NCBI GenBank assembly: GCA_028534125.1
Contig: CM052817.1
Location: 65,536,001-65,600,000 of the forward strand
DNA length: 64,000 bases
DNA from: Lama glama
Taxonomy: Eukaryota
Direction: 5' to 3'
Below the pieces are notes generated by a model. That model was not told the DNA's origin and did not search any database. It saw only the letters and a list, made by a program, of their open reading frames with translations. This document shows, piece by piece, positions 25,030-38,215 of the stretch. The translations under genes and the position numbers were made by a program. The number at the start of each line of letters is the position of its first letter. Position 1 is the stretch's first letter.

Positions 25030-27990
25030 CTCCCTAACTTTTGCTACAAACATAGAAAATTACATAACCAGAAAAGTACAAAAATATAAATATACATATA
25101 ATGAATAATGAATAAATATTGGCCAGAACTTGGTGCATTTACAACCTAGAGAAAGAAGTAGAATATTACCAGCAGTGCAGAAGCTCCCTGCAAATGTTCT
25201 AGGAATTCTGTCCCTCTCCTATTGCTCTAGAGGTAACCTGTAGCTAATCTGATTTATGGTAATCACTTCCAGCCTTTATAGATTTATTGTGTATGTGTAT
25301 ATCTGAGAATAATAGAATTTAGATTTGGCTGTTCTTAACTTTCAGGGTTTTTTGTGTGTTTTGCTCAGGATTATATCTTAAGATTTTCATTTTATTGATT
25401 ATAGCTATAGTATGTTCATTGCCGTTACAGTATATAGTTCATTGAATGAATAAACCATGATTTACTTAATAGTTTTGCAATTCGTAGACATTTGAGCTGT
25501 CACTAATTTTTGACTAGTATAAAAACGCTGCTGTAAGCAAACTTGTATTCCTATTCTTGAGCATAAGTGAAGTACATGTATGTCTTCCTGTTACTATGAA
25601 ATTTTTTTGACTGGGTTTCTATTTTCCTTACTGATGTGTAGTTTTTTCTGTATATTCTGGATGAATCTTTTCTGTCAGTTGCAGCCATGCCTTCTCCTAT
25701 TTTGAGGCTGTCTTTTCACTTTTGCTACTGTGACTTTTGATATACTGAGTGATTCATTCTAATGCAATAAAATATGTCTTTACCTTTACGGTTAGTGCTT
25801 TTTGTGTAGTTTCCTAGAATAAAGGTACAAAGATATTCTCTTATATTTTCTTCTTAAACTTTTGAAATTTACATTCTACATTTAAATCAGTAAGTAATTC
25901 ATCTGGAATTGTCTTTCATATTTTTCTGAAAATGGCACAGAAATCCAGTATAATTTTTCCCAATGGCTACCTGATTGTCCCAGCAGCATTTATGGAAGAG
26001 GCCAATCCCTTCCCCACTGCTCTGTTGTGTATCAAAGATCAACACATCTGTAGGTCTTTCAGAACTCTGTTCTCTCCCCCAATCTATGTGGCATCAGTGC
26101 CACTATTGCTTGGCATGTCTTCCATGCACCAGTTTGACAGTTTTAATGATTATACCTCTGTTACAAGATTTGATAACTGACAGACCAAGCTCTCCTTTCT
26201 CATTTTTCTTCTTCAAGAATTACTGATATTTTCTTGACTTTATGCATTCCTATTAAAAATTATAATCAGCTTCTTATATTGCACAATAAAATCTATTAGG
26301 ATTTTAATTGGAATTATATCAATCTATAGGTCTATTAGCAGAAAATTAGCATCATTAAAATACTGGATTGCCCAATCAATCAACAAAGTATGTTTTTCTA
26401 ACTTTTAAGGTTTCCTTTAATGGCACTCAATAAAGTTTTATTATTCTCCTCAGAGAAATCATAAATATATTTTATTAGAATTATCTATGAGTACTTGAAT
26501 TTTGTTTCTGTAAGTGGCAAATTGCTAAACTTTCTTTTTTAAGTATTTGTTGCATAATAGAAATATGACTAATTTATGTAAGTTCTGTATTCTGAAACTT
26601 GGATGAATTCTTTAATTCTAATATTCATTTATAAATTCTTGTGGATTTTCTTTATATAATCACAGCATCTACAAATAATAGCAGTTTTTATTTTTCCTTT
26701 CTAATTATTGTATGCTTATTTTTTGTGCCTTACTGCCCTAGCTAGCATATTAGTACAAGGTTTTATAAAAGTAGCATCGCTGGGCAAGACTGCCTTCCTC
26801 TCCCTCTCAAAGGGAAAGCTGACACTTCTCCATTACGCATGATGATTGCTGTAGTTTTTGAAGCTACCCTACCAGATTAAGAAAACCCCCTATAGTCCTG
26901 TTTCCTACATGTTTTTATCAAGAATAAATATTGAACTGTTAAAAGTGCTTTCCCTGCATCTGTCAGATGACCACATATTTTTCTCTCTATTCAATCAGTG
27001 TGGTGGGTCGTGTTGATTCATGTCCTAGTGTTAGACCAACTTCATACTGCTAACATAATCCCAAACTGGGGACAGTTAAGGACCTTTTAAAATATTTTAT
27101 TGGACTTTAAATTCTTTTTTTAAAGAATGAAATTGGCTTATAGTATTCCTTACAATATTCTGGCAGGTTTTGATTTTAGCCATATGCTTGCCTGATAAAG
27201 TAAGTTGGGGAGTAAAACCTCTATTTCCATTCTCTGTAAGAGTTTGTGTAAAACTGGATTTATTTATTATTTGAATAATTAGTGTAATTTTCTAGTGACA
27301 TCAACTGCACTGAGAATTTCTGTGTATGGGAAGATGATCAATTGCTGATTCAATTTCTTTAATGGTTAAAGGGTTACCAAAGTTTTGTATTTCTCCTAGA
27401 GTTAGTTTTGATAGACTATTTTTCTAGCAATTTATTCATTTTATGTAAATTTCCAAGTTTTTAACATTAGGCTTTTCATAATATTCATCTACTAAATTTA
27501 AATATTAGCAGAAACTGTAGTGATATTTTTTTTTTCATTTTTATTGATTTGTTTCTTACCTCCTTTTCCTTGATTCATAGTGGCAGAGGCTTAGCAATCT
27601 TAAGAAAATATATAGAAATCCTTTGCATTATGTATTTCTTTTCTATTTCATTAATTTTTGCCTTTACTTTCATTATTTTCTCCCATATACTTTATGTGGG
27701 TTTATTTTAGTCTTTTAAAAATTATTTTCTTTCTAATGTGTGCATTTAAGACTATAAAGCTCCCTCATCACTGGTTTAGTTGTATCATGCACACATTGTT
27801 ATAAAATATTTTATTTCTCTTCTTATTCTTCTAATTTCCATCATGATTCTTTTTTCTATATCCATAGGTTATTTATAAGCAAATATCTTAATTTTTGAAC
27901 ATACAGAGATTTTTTACTGTTCTGATCATAATATTGATTTATAGTATAATTACATTAAACTCAGAGAAAATACACATTCAGGTCTTTAGT
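25030..27990 (-). mobile_element. Old LINE-1 (L1M) remnant, about 3 kb
   Basis: T-rich degenerate antisense L1 ORF2/3'UTR text (ttgtcccagcagcatttatggaagag; tattaggattttaattggaatta). Confidence 0.75.
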
Positions 27991-28219
27991 TGTTTCAAAG
28001 GAAAAGTTTGTCCAAGACATCTGACACAATATGTGAACATTAAAGTTTTAATCAGGTACCAAAATATGTGAAATTACCAAGGGGTAGGATAAACAATCAT
28101 ATGTAGAATTTCAAATAAAGTATCTAAAACTTGCCTGTGAAGGCTTCAATCTCCTAACTCATTCTATAGCATAAAAAGAATGAAAATGTGGAGAGAAATA
28201 TATAGATATTACATGAGAG

Positions 28220-29130
28220 GAAGTTGTCTTTGCAGAATCTTTCTTTTGAATCCCATTCCAACTTTCTTCACCCCTGAGGAGCAAGGCTTGTCTGCCCTTC
28301 TGCGATTCAAACCTACCTTACTGTGTGGTCCCTACATGTGATAGGCATGGTAGCCTTGGATCTGACTTGTTCCTGGGAAACCAAGAGAAACGAAGAATTG
28401 CTGTCTAGCAGTTTGGGGGCAGTACCAGGAAGGTGATTATTAGCTTGAGAATAAGCCTGTTCTGACAGGGAGTGTTAGAGAAAGAGACATAAGGCTGTTT
28501 CCTGTGGACTAAATGAAGAGTGAGAATGAGGGCATGGGCTTAGAGAAGTTTTGAGTCCTGTTAGGGCTATGTGGAGAGTTGGCCACTTTAGCATCATGAG
28601 GCTCTGAGTTAACAGAGGATTACCAGTGCTTTGGAAAGAGTAATCACTGGACTCGCAGACTAGGATCCATCCTCATGAACAAGGAGCTACAGGGGAGACA
28701 GGCTCTAAAGTACACCTTTGAGGAACCCATGAAAATGCACCATTCAACTACTGGCTTTAACCACCTGCCAGGCTCTGGGCACAACATATGGTGCCAGGTC
28801 TAGTAATAAGTTTCATTCAACTTTCTCATTCCTCTCTTACCCTGCTCCCAATATGGCATTGTCAGAAAGGGACTGGAGAGGGAATAGGGAACCAGAAAAT
28901 AGAGAACTTGTAAAGAAGCCACTTTGTAGAATTCTATCCCCTGCTGGCCTGAGCTACAGGATAGAATTTTCAATTATTTTGGATCATATATTCAAATTTT
29001 AAATTGATACACTGCAAATTTAGTTGTCTACAGAACTGAGTGAGCAAAAGTCATGGCTCTTCAATATTTTTATTGAGGGCAGGAAGTTTATGTTCACAAA
29101 ATAAATTGTAAGAAAGTGATGGGAAACTAA
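28220..29130. mobile_element. Possible ancient LTR element
   Basis: GC-richer block with LTR-like composition; family not recognised. Confidence 0.3.
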
Positions 29131-31359
29131 AATAAAGCAGAATTTTAATCACAATTTATAATTTGTGGTTCCCAAGTTCTTTAAATTATTTTCTAAGTTT
29201 TATGCTCTCTTAAGACTATGAAACAAGAGTAGTGATCTGTGCTAAGTTAATTATTTATAGCAATTTTTAATAAAAACATTCATCTTTATGGAAATTTAAA
29301 AAATAATTTGGTGACTGGAATGTCTTTAAAATTTTAAGACTGAGCTGGCAAGCCTAGTTAGTTATAGAAAAGTGTCCCAGAACCCTGTCCTTGTGCAAAA
29401 TCCATTGAACCATCATAAACATGGTGATAGCTTTGCAAACTGAATACCTAATGCTCAGATGGAAGCCTACAAGTTCCTGAAACAGGTGAAAGGATTACCC
29501 CAATACCCACAGGGGTCTGGAAGAGCAGTAAATGAGAGTCAGACAGGGTGTAAGTGCACACGCACTTGTAGGAAAGAGAGCATTCCCTGGTTTAAAGGGG
29601 GCACTTACTACTCACGCTTAACTGAACGCTGCTGTGAGGAAATATGAGACCTGGCATTGCCAGAAGAGCTGCAAGTAAGATTTTCTCTTTCTTTCTTTGT
29701 TGTTGTTGTTGTTTTGTGAAATTAGAGTATTTTTAAATAGCAGCCTGTCGTCAGAAAGCATTGTGTGGACAAACACCACACATCTGCAGAGGTAGATGTT
29801 AGTTTGTGAACTCTGAAAGAGAGGCTGTTGACCTCTTCCTATAACTCATCCTGATTTATTAAGTAACAGCAGGGTAATGACCAGTTTACGAACTCCAGTT
29901 GGTTGTTCTCTAATACTAGAAGTTTCCCTGGATTTTTAGCCCAGGTTCATAACCCTGTAGTGCCTCCATTTCTCTTCATGCTCAAATGCTCCTCATTGAA
30001 TCCTCCCTACTTTCTCAAACTCCTCTGGCTCTCGCCAGTTTCTCTGGGGACCAAAAATACTTGTGTTTGAATTATCAAACACATCCTGACCCCATTTGAA
30101 ACTATGATAGGATCACTGTAGCTGTTTCCCTAATCAAACCATTACTCAAGGTGGCCAATTTTCTTGAGCCTATGGTAGAGGTTCAGGGTCTTTTGGTGTT
30201 AATGAAAACAGAAAGGAAATTAATAGTAGAATTGAAAACAATCAATAAGATCTTAAAATGAGAAGGGAGTGAAGAGTATCTCCTTATGAAAAGGTGGTCC
30301 AAAAGGCTAGAATGTAAGCCTGTGTGCCTAGGCAAATTTCAGTGTTTCCACTAATATTTGTCCTGGCCAAATTGAATTTCCTATTATCCCAAACTAGTAT
30401 AAGCAAAAAAAAAAAAAAAAGGAATTAGATTACACTGGATCAATACCAAAATTTTCCCTGCAGGCACTACACCCTAACACTTTTCTGAAAGATAAACACC
30501 TCTGGTTATCTCCCGGGTATGGGACAGTGAAAAGAGCCCAGATGACTAGTCAGGAAATTTGAGTCTAGTCCAGAATTTCTCAGAGTGTGTGTCATTATAT
30601 CAGTATATAAAAATTATCTGCAGTAATTGCTGGAAACAGTTTTCTGGGTTTGACTGAAAGGGAATGACCTGGAGATCACAAGAAATGAGCACTAGGAAAA
30701 AATATTTTAATAGATACTTTAGGTGACTCTTATAAATAAGAAGCATCAAGGGCTACTAGTTTGAGGGACAAAGTGTGTGTCCCTGGGCTTTTCTCCTCTG
30801 ATAATGAGCATAAGTGATACCAGCCTGCCCAATCCCCTGGGTGATGGCAAGAATTAAATGAGATATTTGACCAGTGGAAGTGCTTTGAAAAATTTAGTGT
30901 TCAGCAAAAGCAATGGATGAAGGATGAAAGAACTGGCAAGAGATACAATGATAAGAAAGAAGTTTACAAGGTACCGGGCTGTAAGAGCGGCCAGAGGGCT
31001 TGTGGGGAAAGCTCCTCCCTACTCTTCAGAGCATGGAGTACATCTCCCGTCTGTCCACCAGCCTCCCTCCCCGTCTCATTCTGCATCTTTCTCCATCCCA
31101 ACCCTGTCAGAGAAGCGCTCTCTTTCTCCCAGCCTCTGCCACTTTCTCAGTCTCTTTTATTCTCATTCTTACTCTCAGTCTTTTTCTGATAGCAATGAAT
31201 TACCTTCTTTCTCTCTCTCAATCCTGTTTTCTACCCCTCCTGCTACCAAATCTCTACAATTTATATACAAATAATGCCACATAGAAAAATAGAAAAAAAT
31301 GTCTTTTGTTGTGCACTCAGAAATGTCACTTATGGCAGAGAATTGGCTTTTCATATGCA

Positions 31360-31530
31360 AAGTAGATGCTTTCTAACAGCCCTATCTGAAAATTCCCAAA
31401 GGAGGTAAACATGAGGGAGATAGAATTAAACATCTTGCTCAGAATGAACATATCGAGGAATAACAGAATGAAAATGAAGCAAGATAACTTGAGGCTAAAT
31501 GTACAGAAAGTGCTTGTTACAGTAAGATCA
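31360..31530 (+). mobile_element. CR1/L3 LINE 3' fragment
   Basis: aatgaagcaagataacttgaggctaaatgtacagaaagtgcttgttacagtaaga resembles the CR1 3' end. Confidence 0.45.
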
Positions 31531-33969
31531 TACGATTGTAGATCTGAAAGAAAACTTCAACATCATTTTGTCAAACCACATCACTTCACAGATCGGGAAA
31601 TTAGAGCCTTGAGAGGTAAAAAATATATTGCTTGGCTCAATCGCATAGCAAGCTTGTGGTCATTGGTGACTAAAAACTAAGAGCTCTTGGCTCAGAGGAC
31701 AGTGAATCCCCCACCATTGCACAGAGCTGGCGTGTGACACCAGCCAGAGCTCAATGAGAAAAAAATATAAGAATATCATTATACTCCAAATATATAGAGA
31801 GAGCTAAGGTAGATTTTCTTTTATGTAACATGCTGGTAAATAGTATATGCACTATAGGAGATTTGTGTCTATTAGACAAAGTAAAATGATGTGAGTCCAA
31901 TGTCAACTCTTCACAGGGTATTTTGACTAGCTATTAATCAGTGAAAATTTTAACACCTGGGAATAACTGAATTCTTGGATGCCTTTACTTCTGAACAGGA
32001 TTAGTTAGAATAAAGTCAACATTCTGAACTAAGACTTCAGAGATGGAGAGGTAAAATCTGTAATCGATATGTCTTGAATTTCCATAATTCTACATTTTAT
32101 TCTAGTTGGGGTAAGGATTAGTCAGATCTAAATGATTCAGGATTACCTGATAAATGGTGCAGGGAATAATAGGATACCAGTATTTTCTTGTGAGTAAGAC
32201 ACAGCAATGATTCAACACTTGCGTTCAGATAATCACTCCATTCTTTTGTGATTTGGGCAATTGATATAAACCAAAGACAGGCACAATAGTAAGACAGTGG
32301 TCAACTTCATAAAGCAAATCAAATAAGTTCAGCCCACCAAGAGAGTATCCCAAAATGACACTCACAACTTCTCTATGACCCAGGTCAAGGATAAAAATTA
32401 CTATTGTCCTCAAGTCACTGAAAACAAAGCTAAGAATGCCTTGGGTATTTCCAACTCTGTTGACTTTTGAAGAAATACAATTCTCCAAATTAAAGCAAGA
32501 GTTAGTGAGTAAGACATCACTGAGGGGAAATCCATCAATTATACATTGTCCTTACTTCCAAGAGATTTATATTCAGTCAGGTTGTAATCGACCCTAATAG
32601 CAGGTTTTTAAATTGTTGGCAGCATTGTCATATTTCTTTCTTCCACTTTACAAATCTATAGAGTTTTAAACTTTAATTGTCATAAAACTTGCACTCAACA
32701 AATGAGGCTGTCAGAAAATGAAAAAGGAAGAAATGAAAAAAAAGTTTATTTATTCATATAGTTCAACTATCCTAATCCTACTAATGCAATTACCATGAAA
32801 AATCTTTAAATTAGTTAATTCTGTGCATCTAAAAAGGTGATTCTCTACTTTTTAAAATGGAATTTGCAGGGAAAGAGATAAGTGGGGGATGTTTCATTGT
32901 TGGACAGAGGAGTTGTCACAATAGCCTTGAGTTGACAGATTCAGGAGTGGGCTGTTCCCTAGGGACAGTGTGCAAGAGTTCAGCGTTTAGGTCCTCACAC
33001 TTGCTGAATGCTCTTAGGAGAACGATTTCACAATTCCTACCACAAAAAAAGTTATTTCTTTTCCTACTTCAGTTAAAAATAAGTTCAATGTGTGATACAA
33101 ATAATTTTCTGTGTTTCATGTGTGTGATTTTTGTAACTCTGGCATAATTTCAACACATGGTGACTTGAATGTGTAGCAGCCATAAAAAATATGTAAAGGT
33201 GTATGACTAAGAGAGTAATGATGGACTGGTTAAAAGTTAAAAGTCCAGCCAGTAAGGAAGAACCTTCAAATTTATGAAATGCATTCCTCTTCATCAGTTG
33301 ATTCTGCAAGTTAAATGCTAGCTTATACAAACTAATAACCACATTTTAATAATGATTTATAGTTTCTAAAATTGATTTCCTGATTATTGTGTATCGCCAA
33401 TAGTGTGTCAGCAATGATCATTTTTCTCATTTTTAGATAAAGAAACTGAGTGTAACAAGCATTTAGTGTCTTGGCCAACTTCAACATACTAGATCCAAAG
33501 TTGGTTCTCATGTTAAGACCAAGGTTCCTTCTACTAACATAGTCCATCTCTCAGATTAAGCAATGCTCAATCCTTTAAGATAGGAAATAATATTCAAAGA
33601 TGTTGATGATTCTCAGATCAAAAAAATTAGAGTTCTCATTAAACACAAATACAATTTTGCTTATTGATTTGAGTGATTAGTTTATACAGTGCATTAAATA
33701 ACATATACATCAGTCTGTGCTTGTCAAATTATGCCTGTATAAATTGTGGTTGAGAACATAACTTGGCAAACGTATTTCTAGTATCCTATATCAATTCTAT
33801 TGTGAAAATTTTTCATGTGCTGGTTTTTCTCTTTGTGAGAATCAACATAATTATTTAAATATTTGCTGATTTTAGATTGGAATCAATTTGGTGATAAAAT
33901 CGCTTACCGAAGGTATGGGATGTAATAAACCATGGGACTCTGAGTTCCAAAACTAAGTGGAACTTACAG

Positions 33970-34165
33970 AGTTGCCATACGCTGGACACTATTCTAGGTA
34001 TTTATGTATATTACCTTACATGATCCTCCCAATGTCCCTGTGAGATAAGATGATACTCATTTCTACTTTACAGCTGAGAAAGCTGAATGTTAAGTAATTT
34101 GCTCAAGTTCACACAGATATAAGTGGCAGAGCTGGAATTTGAACCCAGACAGTCTGGCTCCAGAA
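33970..34165 (-). mobile_element. MIR SINE
   Basis: tttacagctgagaaagctgaatgttaagtaatttgctcaagttcacacag...gtggcagagctggaatttgaacccagacagtctggctccaga. Confidence 0.85.
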
Positions 34166-35174
34166 GAATTATAAATGTGACACTAAGTAATTAATTCACT
34201 AATAGTTATTTCCTCTTTGCTTCTCGCTGTTTCCTCTAAATCCCATATTAGTTGCATTTACATTTATTTTAGAGCCAAGCACATTTTTTTCCCTAACAAC
34301 ATAATAATGGGTAAGTAGGGAAATGCCTAAAATTCTTTTCAACCCTTCCTTTAATAATTAATTGAATCCAGGATATTAAGAGGCTAATGATCACTGAGTA
34401 GAAATTCATTCATGGCACTGTGGTCTTAGTTTGCAGTTTAAAGGTGCTGAAGGTGCCAGGAGAGGCAGCAGTGCTTCTAAATTAGTCAAGTGGGAAGTCT
34501 CTACTCTTACTCTTTTCCACCAGAAAGAATCAACTTACTGCAGTTTCACTACATTGGAAAGTGGCAAGTTATAAGGGAAGATTTTGAAGAACAATATTTT
34601 CAAGTTTGATATTAAGCAATATCACTCTAGGATAACTTTATACTATCTCCAAATCTCAGTGTCCTAATTAGTAGAATGGGAAAGACAGAGTTGGCCTTGA
34701 AACGTTTTGATGGAAGTAATGTTGAAGTGCCAGGCACAACAAATGGTGGATGTCAGCAGACGCTGTGACAATACTTATCTGGGTGATGTAGACCAGACCC
34801 AACTGTGATCTCCATTCTCTGGTTTTTGACACAGCTAGTTTAGGTTTAGGCCAGAAAGTGAGTGATTAACAGAATAAAAAACAGTTTACATTTCAGATGA
34901 GCAGTACGCTCAGAATAAAATCAACAATATTGACATTTTTTACTACTAACCTCACAATATAATTCATTACTGACTCCATACAAACAGACAAATGATGGCC
35001 TTAGAACAGGACCTGTGTGGAATATTATTGAACTTACTCAACAAAAGCTTTCAAGATTTTTTTTTTTTAGGTGAAGGGGAAGAAAGGTAGTGAATATCAG
35101 AGTGTCAGAGAAACTCTGGTAGAACATATATACATTATCACCCTAACCAAAATGTTCCCATCAAGAAAAATAAT

Positions 35175-35590
35175 AAATCCTGGATGTTTCAAAACAGCAG
35201 AGCCTGAGACAAAGGTTTGTATGCAGACAGTCTGGAAAGGAAAGTGATCTAAGGAAAAGGAGTAGAGGACTAAAATAGTGAAACTAGAACAGCAATAGAA
35301 GAGGAAAGCATTTATTCACCGGCCCCATTCTTCTTTCGGGCAAAGGCTGTCTCCTAGAGTGCTAAGGCAGCTGCACTTCTAGCTCAGACACATACCAGTG
35401 CCAGACAGGGTTCTGCAGGTGAAACATGCCTTAGTATCAGAACAACAGCAGACAGGAAAGCAAGAGATACACACGTTCTCATGAGACAAGATACCGTCAG
35501 GTGACACCTGACAGGTTGCCATAGCAATGGTTGGACCAAATATGTCCAGAGAGGATGTAGGAAAAGGCACAACAGGTGTCTAATACTCAT
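35175..35590 (-). mobile_element. ERVL-type LTR (LTR16/LTR33-like)
   Basis: agcagagcctgagacaaaggtttgtatgcagac...gtgatctaaggaa resembles the reversed 3' end of these LTRs. Confidence 0.5.
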
Positions 35591-35721
35591 ATAGTGGCTA
35601 CTTCTATTCAGAGACTAGTTATGATTATCTTTACTGTTACAGCATTCTACAAGACACAAGACCTCTATTCAAGTTTAGAACATTATTATTTTTATAGTTG
35701 CTGAAATTTGGGAATCATATA

Positions 35722-35956
35722 GTGTATAATTAAAGACAAAAATATCTTGGATGAACAACAAAGCTGGGACAAATTCGACCCATTCTTCCAAATCCAGACT
35801 TTGGTCGGAGGAAGTGACATAGCAATGACTTTCACAAGCAGAAAAGAGCTGCATCTGAGCACATTTCCAATCATAGAATCCAAGTTTCCTGTCTTAGGAG
35901 GTTTTGGATTCTTACATTCCAGCCAGTGGTATCCTGACACTATACCACTGGCAGTT
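35722..35956 (+). repeat. Local direct duplication, copy A (intron 1)
   Basis: Aligns to 47760-47995: 1 substitution and 1 indel over the first 193 bp, then 7 substitutions in the last 42 bp. Confidence 0.95.
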
Positions 35957-37249
35957 CTGCCCGTGTTTTTAATCGACGCCACTAATGTTTCCCATGCTAC
36001 TGATGATTTTGTGTGCAACAGGACAAAAAGGATCTTATTTGTTAACTAAAAGAGCTTCTTCTAACACCAAAAAGGCATTATTATCTTAACCTGATAAAGC
36101 TATAATGATCCACAGGAATTCAGTAACAGGAAAGGAGACATTACACAGGAATTGAATGGAATGTCGCTTAGAGTAAATTCCTGCTTTGACATTCAATGTT
36201 CAGAAAGAAGCATCTCAAATTTCTCAAAGGTAAAGAGGAAATTGGAAAGGGTGACTAAGAAAAAAAGAATATAAACAACATGAGTTAGATAATTACTCAA
36301 AGTTAAAATATTTATCTGAAGCTTGAAATATAATTTCCTCAATAATAAGGAAAAGATGGGCAATTATTCAGTAAATTAGAAGCTTTCTGAAACCTTCAAA
36401 TATTCTTTTTTTCCTCAATATTTGAATAATTACAATCAGCAAGATAAAACTGCCAGGCAACTTGCTGGTGACAACTGTTATGAATCTCTTGAAAATAAGA
36501 ATACTAGAATGATCACTTATACTTTTAGGTAGAGATCATTGAAGGAAAAAAAAAAGAGTAGTGAAAAAAGCATACTAAACAAATGGCTTGGAGACTGAAT
36601 ACTTTTCCATAGAATTTGCTTCCATATTGGTTCACTCTTCCTATATAATACATCACCCATTTCACATAAGACCAGTTGATAGTGATTAAGCTAAGCAGAA
36701 GTTAATAAGTAAGATAACACATGAATTAATGATGTACAATATTTAATTCTCTTCCAAATTTTCTTTGGTGAACTTTGCTTTTTTTAAAAAAAAAGCCATT
36801 TTGTATTTTTGAGAAGTTGGTTAGGAATAAGGTTTCTCCTTGAATATTTATAACCATAAGAAGATATTACATAAAGTATTTGATACGCAAAAGGAGAAGT
36901 AGAGTCAATCATATTGAGATATCCTTCCTCCTAGTGATTATAGTCAGAGCAGTTCATTCTTCCAGGTTTGCTGTAAATTACTGTCACCTGGCACTAGGTT
37001 ATCCACCTATCCCTGTCGTCTTCTCTTCTGCTGGAGTTTGGGAATTGATTTACTTTGATAAGAGCCCCTTTCTTTATATTTGTTGCTCACTTTCATAGCC
37101 AGGAACCAAAATAATTCACCTGTTTGCACATTATGTTCTGTGATTCATGCTTGTCCATAAGCTTTTTACAAGGACAAGATAGTAAACTGGTAAGTGATAA
37201 TCATAGGAAAAAATTAAAAAATGAAAAAACATTAAGACAACTACTATAT

Positions 37250-38215
37250 CATTCATTTTTGCATTCATTCAGATAATTGTATCCTTATTATGTGTTTAGA
37301 ACTATTAATGGACAAACTATAATGAATATGACCCTGACTTTCAAGGTACTTACCGTCTGGTAAAGGAGATCAGATATGCACACAGATAACTATGATAAGG
37401 TTGGAAAGTAAGTGCCATGAGAGAGTTATAAAGACGGGCATCCAGAAGAGAAATAAACTGTTTCTCTACGTTATTAAATCTCCCAGTGGGCAGGATGAGA
37501 CTAAAATACTCTTGGGAGACAAGCATAAAGACCATTCAACCCCTCACCATCATCTGCAGCTCCAGGGGCATTCCAACCACCCAGCAGACAATTTTAATTT
37601 ACCATTGGCCATCTCTGTTGAGTATCTTATTAGGATTTCATGCTCACTATATTCAAAATCAAATTCATCATTTTCTCCCTAAACCATCTCCTCTTATCTT
37701 TCCCAATTTCTCCTCCCAGTCCATTTCCTTATTTCTGTTATTCTCATGCTCAAACACACTTAGAGCCTCTAAACTAATTAGCTATATGAGTCAATATGTC
37801 TCATTCCAGGATTCAACATATCTGAGGGCTATATTTCCCAGCACTCTGGTCACTCTGTCCAATCTGTGACCTCCCTACATCTTTATACTAGAACATACTG
37901 ACTGATGTTTTAATGTTCCTACTCAAGAAATTTCATCCATCTAGAACCTCCTGTTTTTTAAGTTTCAAAGTTTATTATAATTTCCACTTTCATATGAAGG
38001 CTTTTCTGATGTCCCTATACTCAAAACTAAGCTAGTTGTGAATTCTCCATAGCATTCTTTATTTACCACTTAAGGCTTACAATAGAATCAAATTTGTAAT
38101 GATTTGGCTTATCCTCCTGTCTCCCCCTCTTCTAGGGTAAAAGCTGAGTCACTGATGTCTATAAACCTACAGCGTTTAGCATAATGTCTGTCTTATAACT
38201 GTGTTTAATCCATTT
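37250..38215. mobile_element. L2 fragments
   Basis: cattcattcag... L2 tail plus a pyrimidine-rich L2-like body. Confidence 0.5.

Noticed and set aside
35740..35860. Possible C/D-box snoRNA within the duplicated element (ggatga ... ctga)
   Set aside because: No proper RTGATGA C box or terminal stem, and it lies antisense to the host gene.
35692..36049. Overlapping 100-108 aa ORFs in duplication copy A, with a counterpart at 47728-48003
   Set aside because: The listed starts are non-ATG, the copies differ by a frameshifting 1-nt indel, and there is no recognisable protein similarity. The shared peptide only reflects the DNA duplication.
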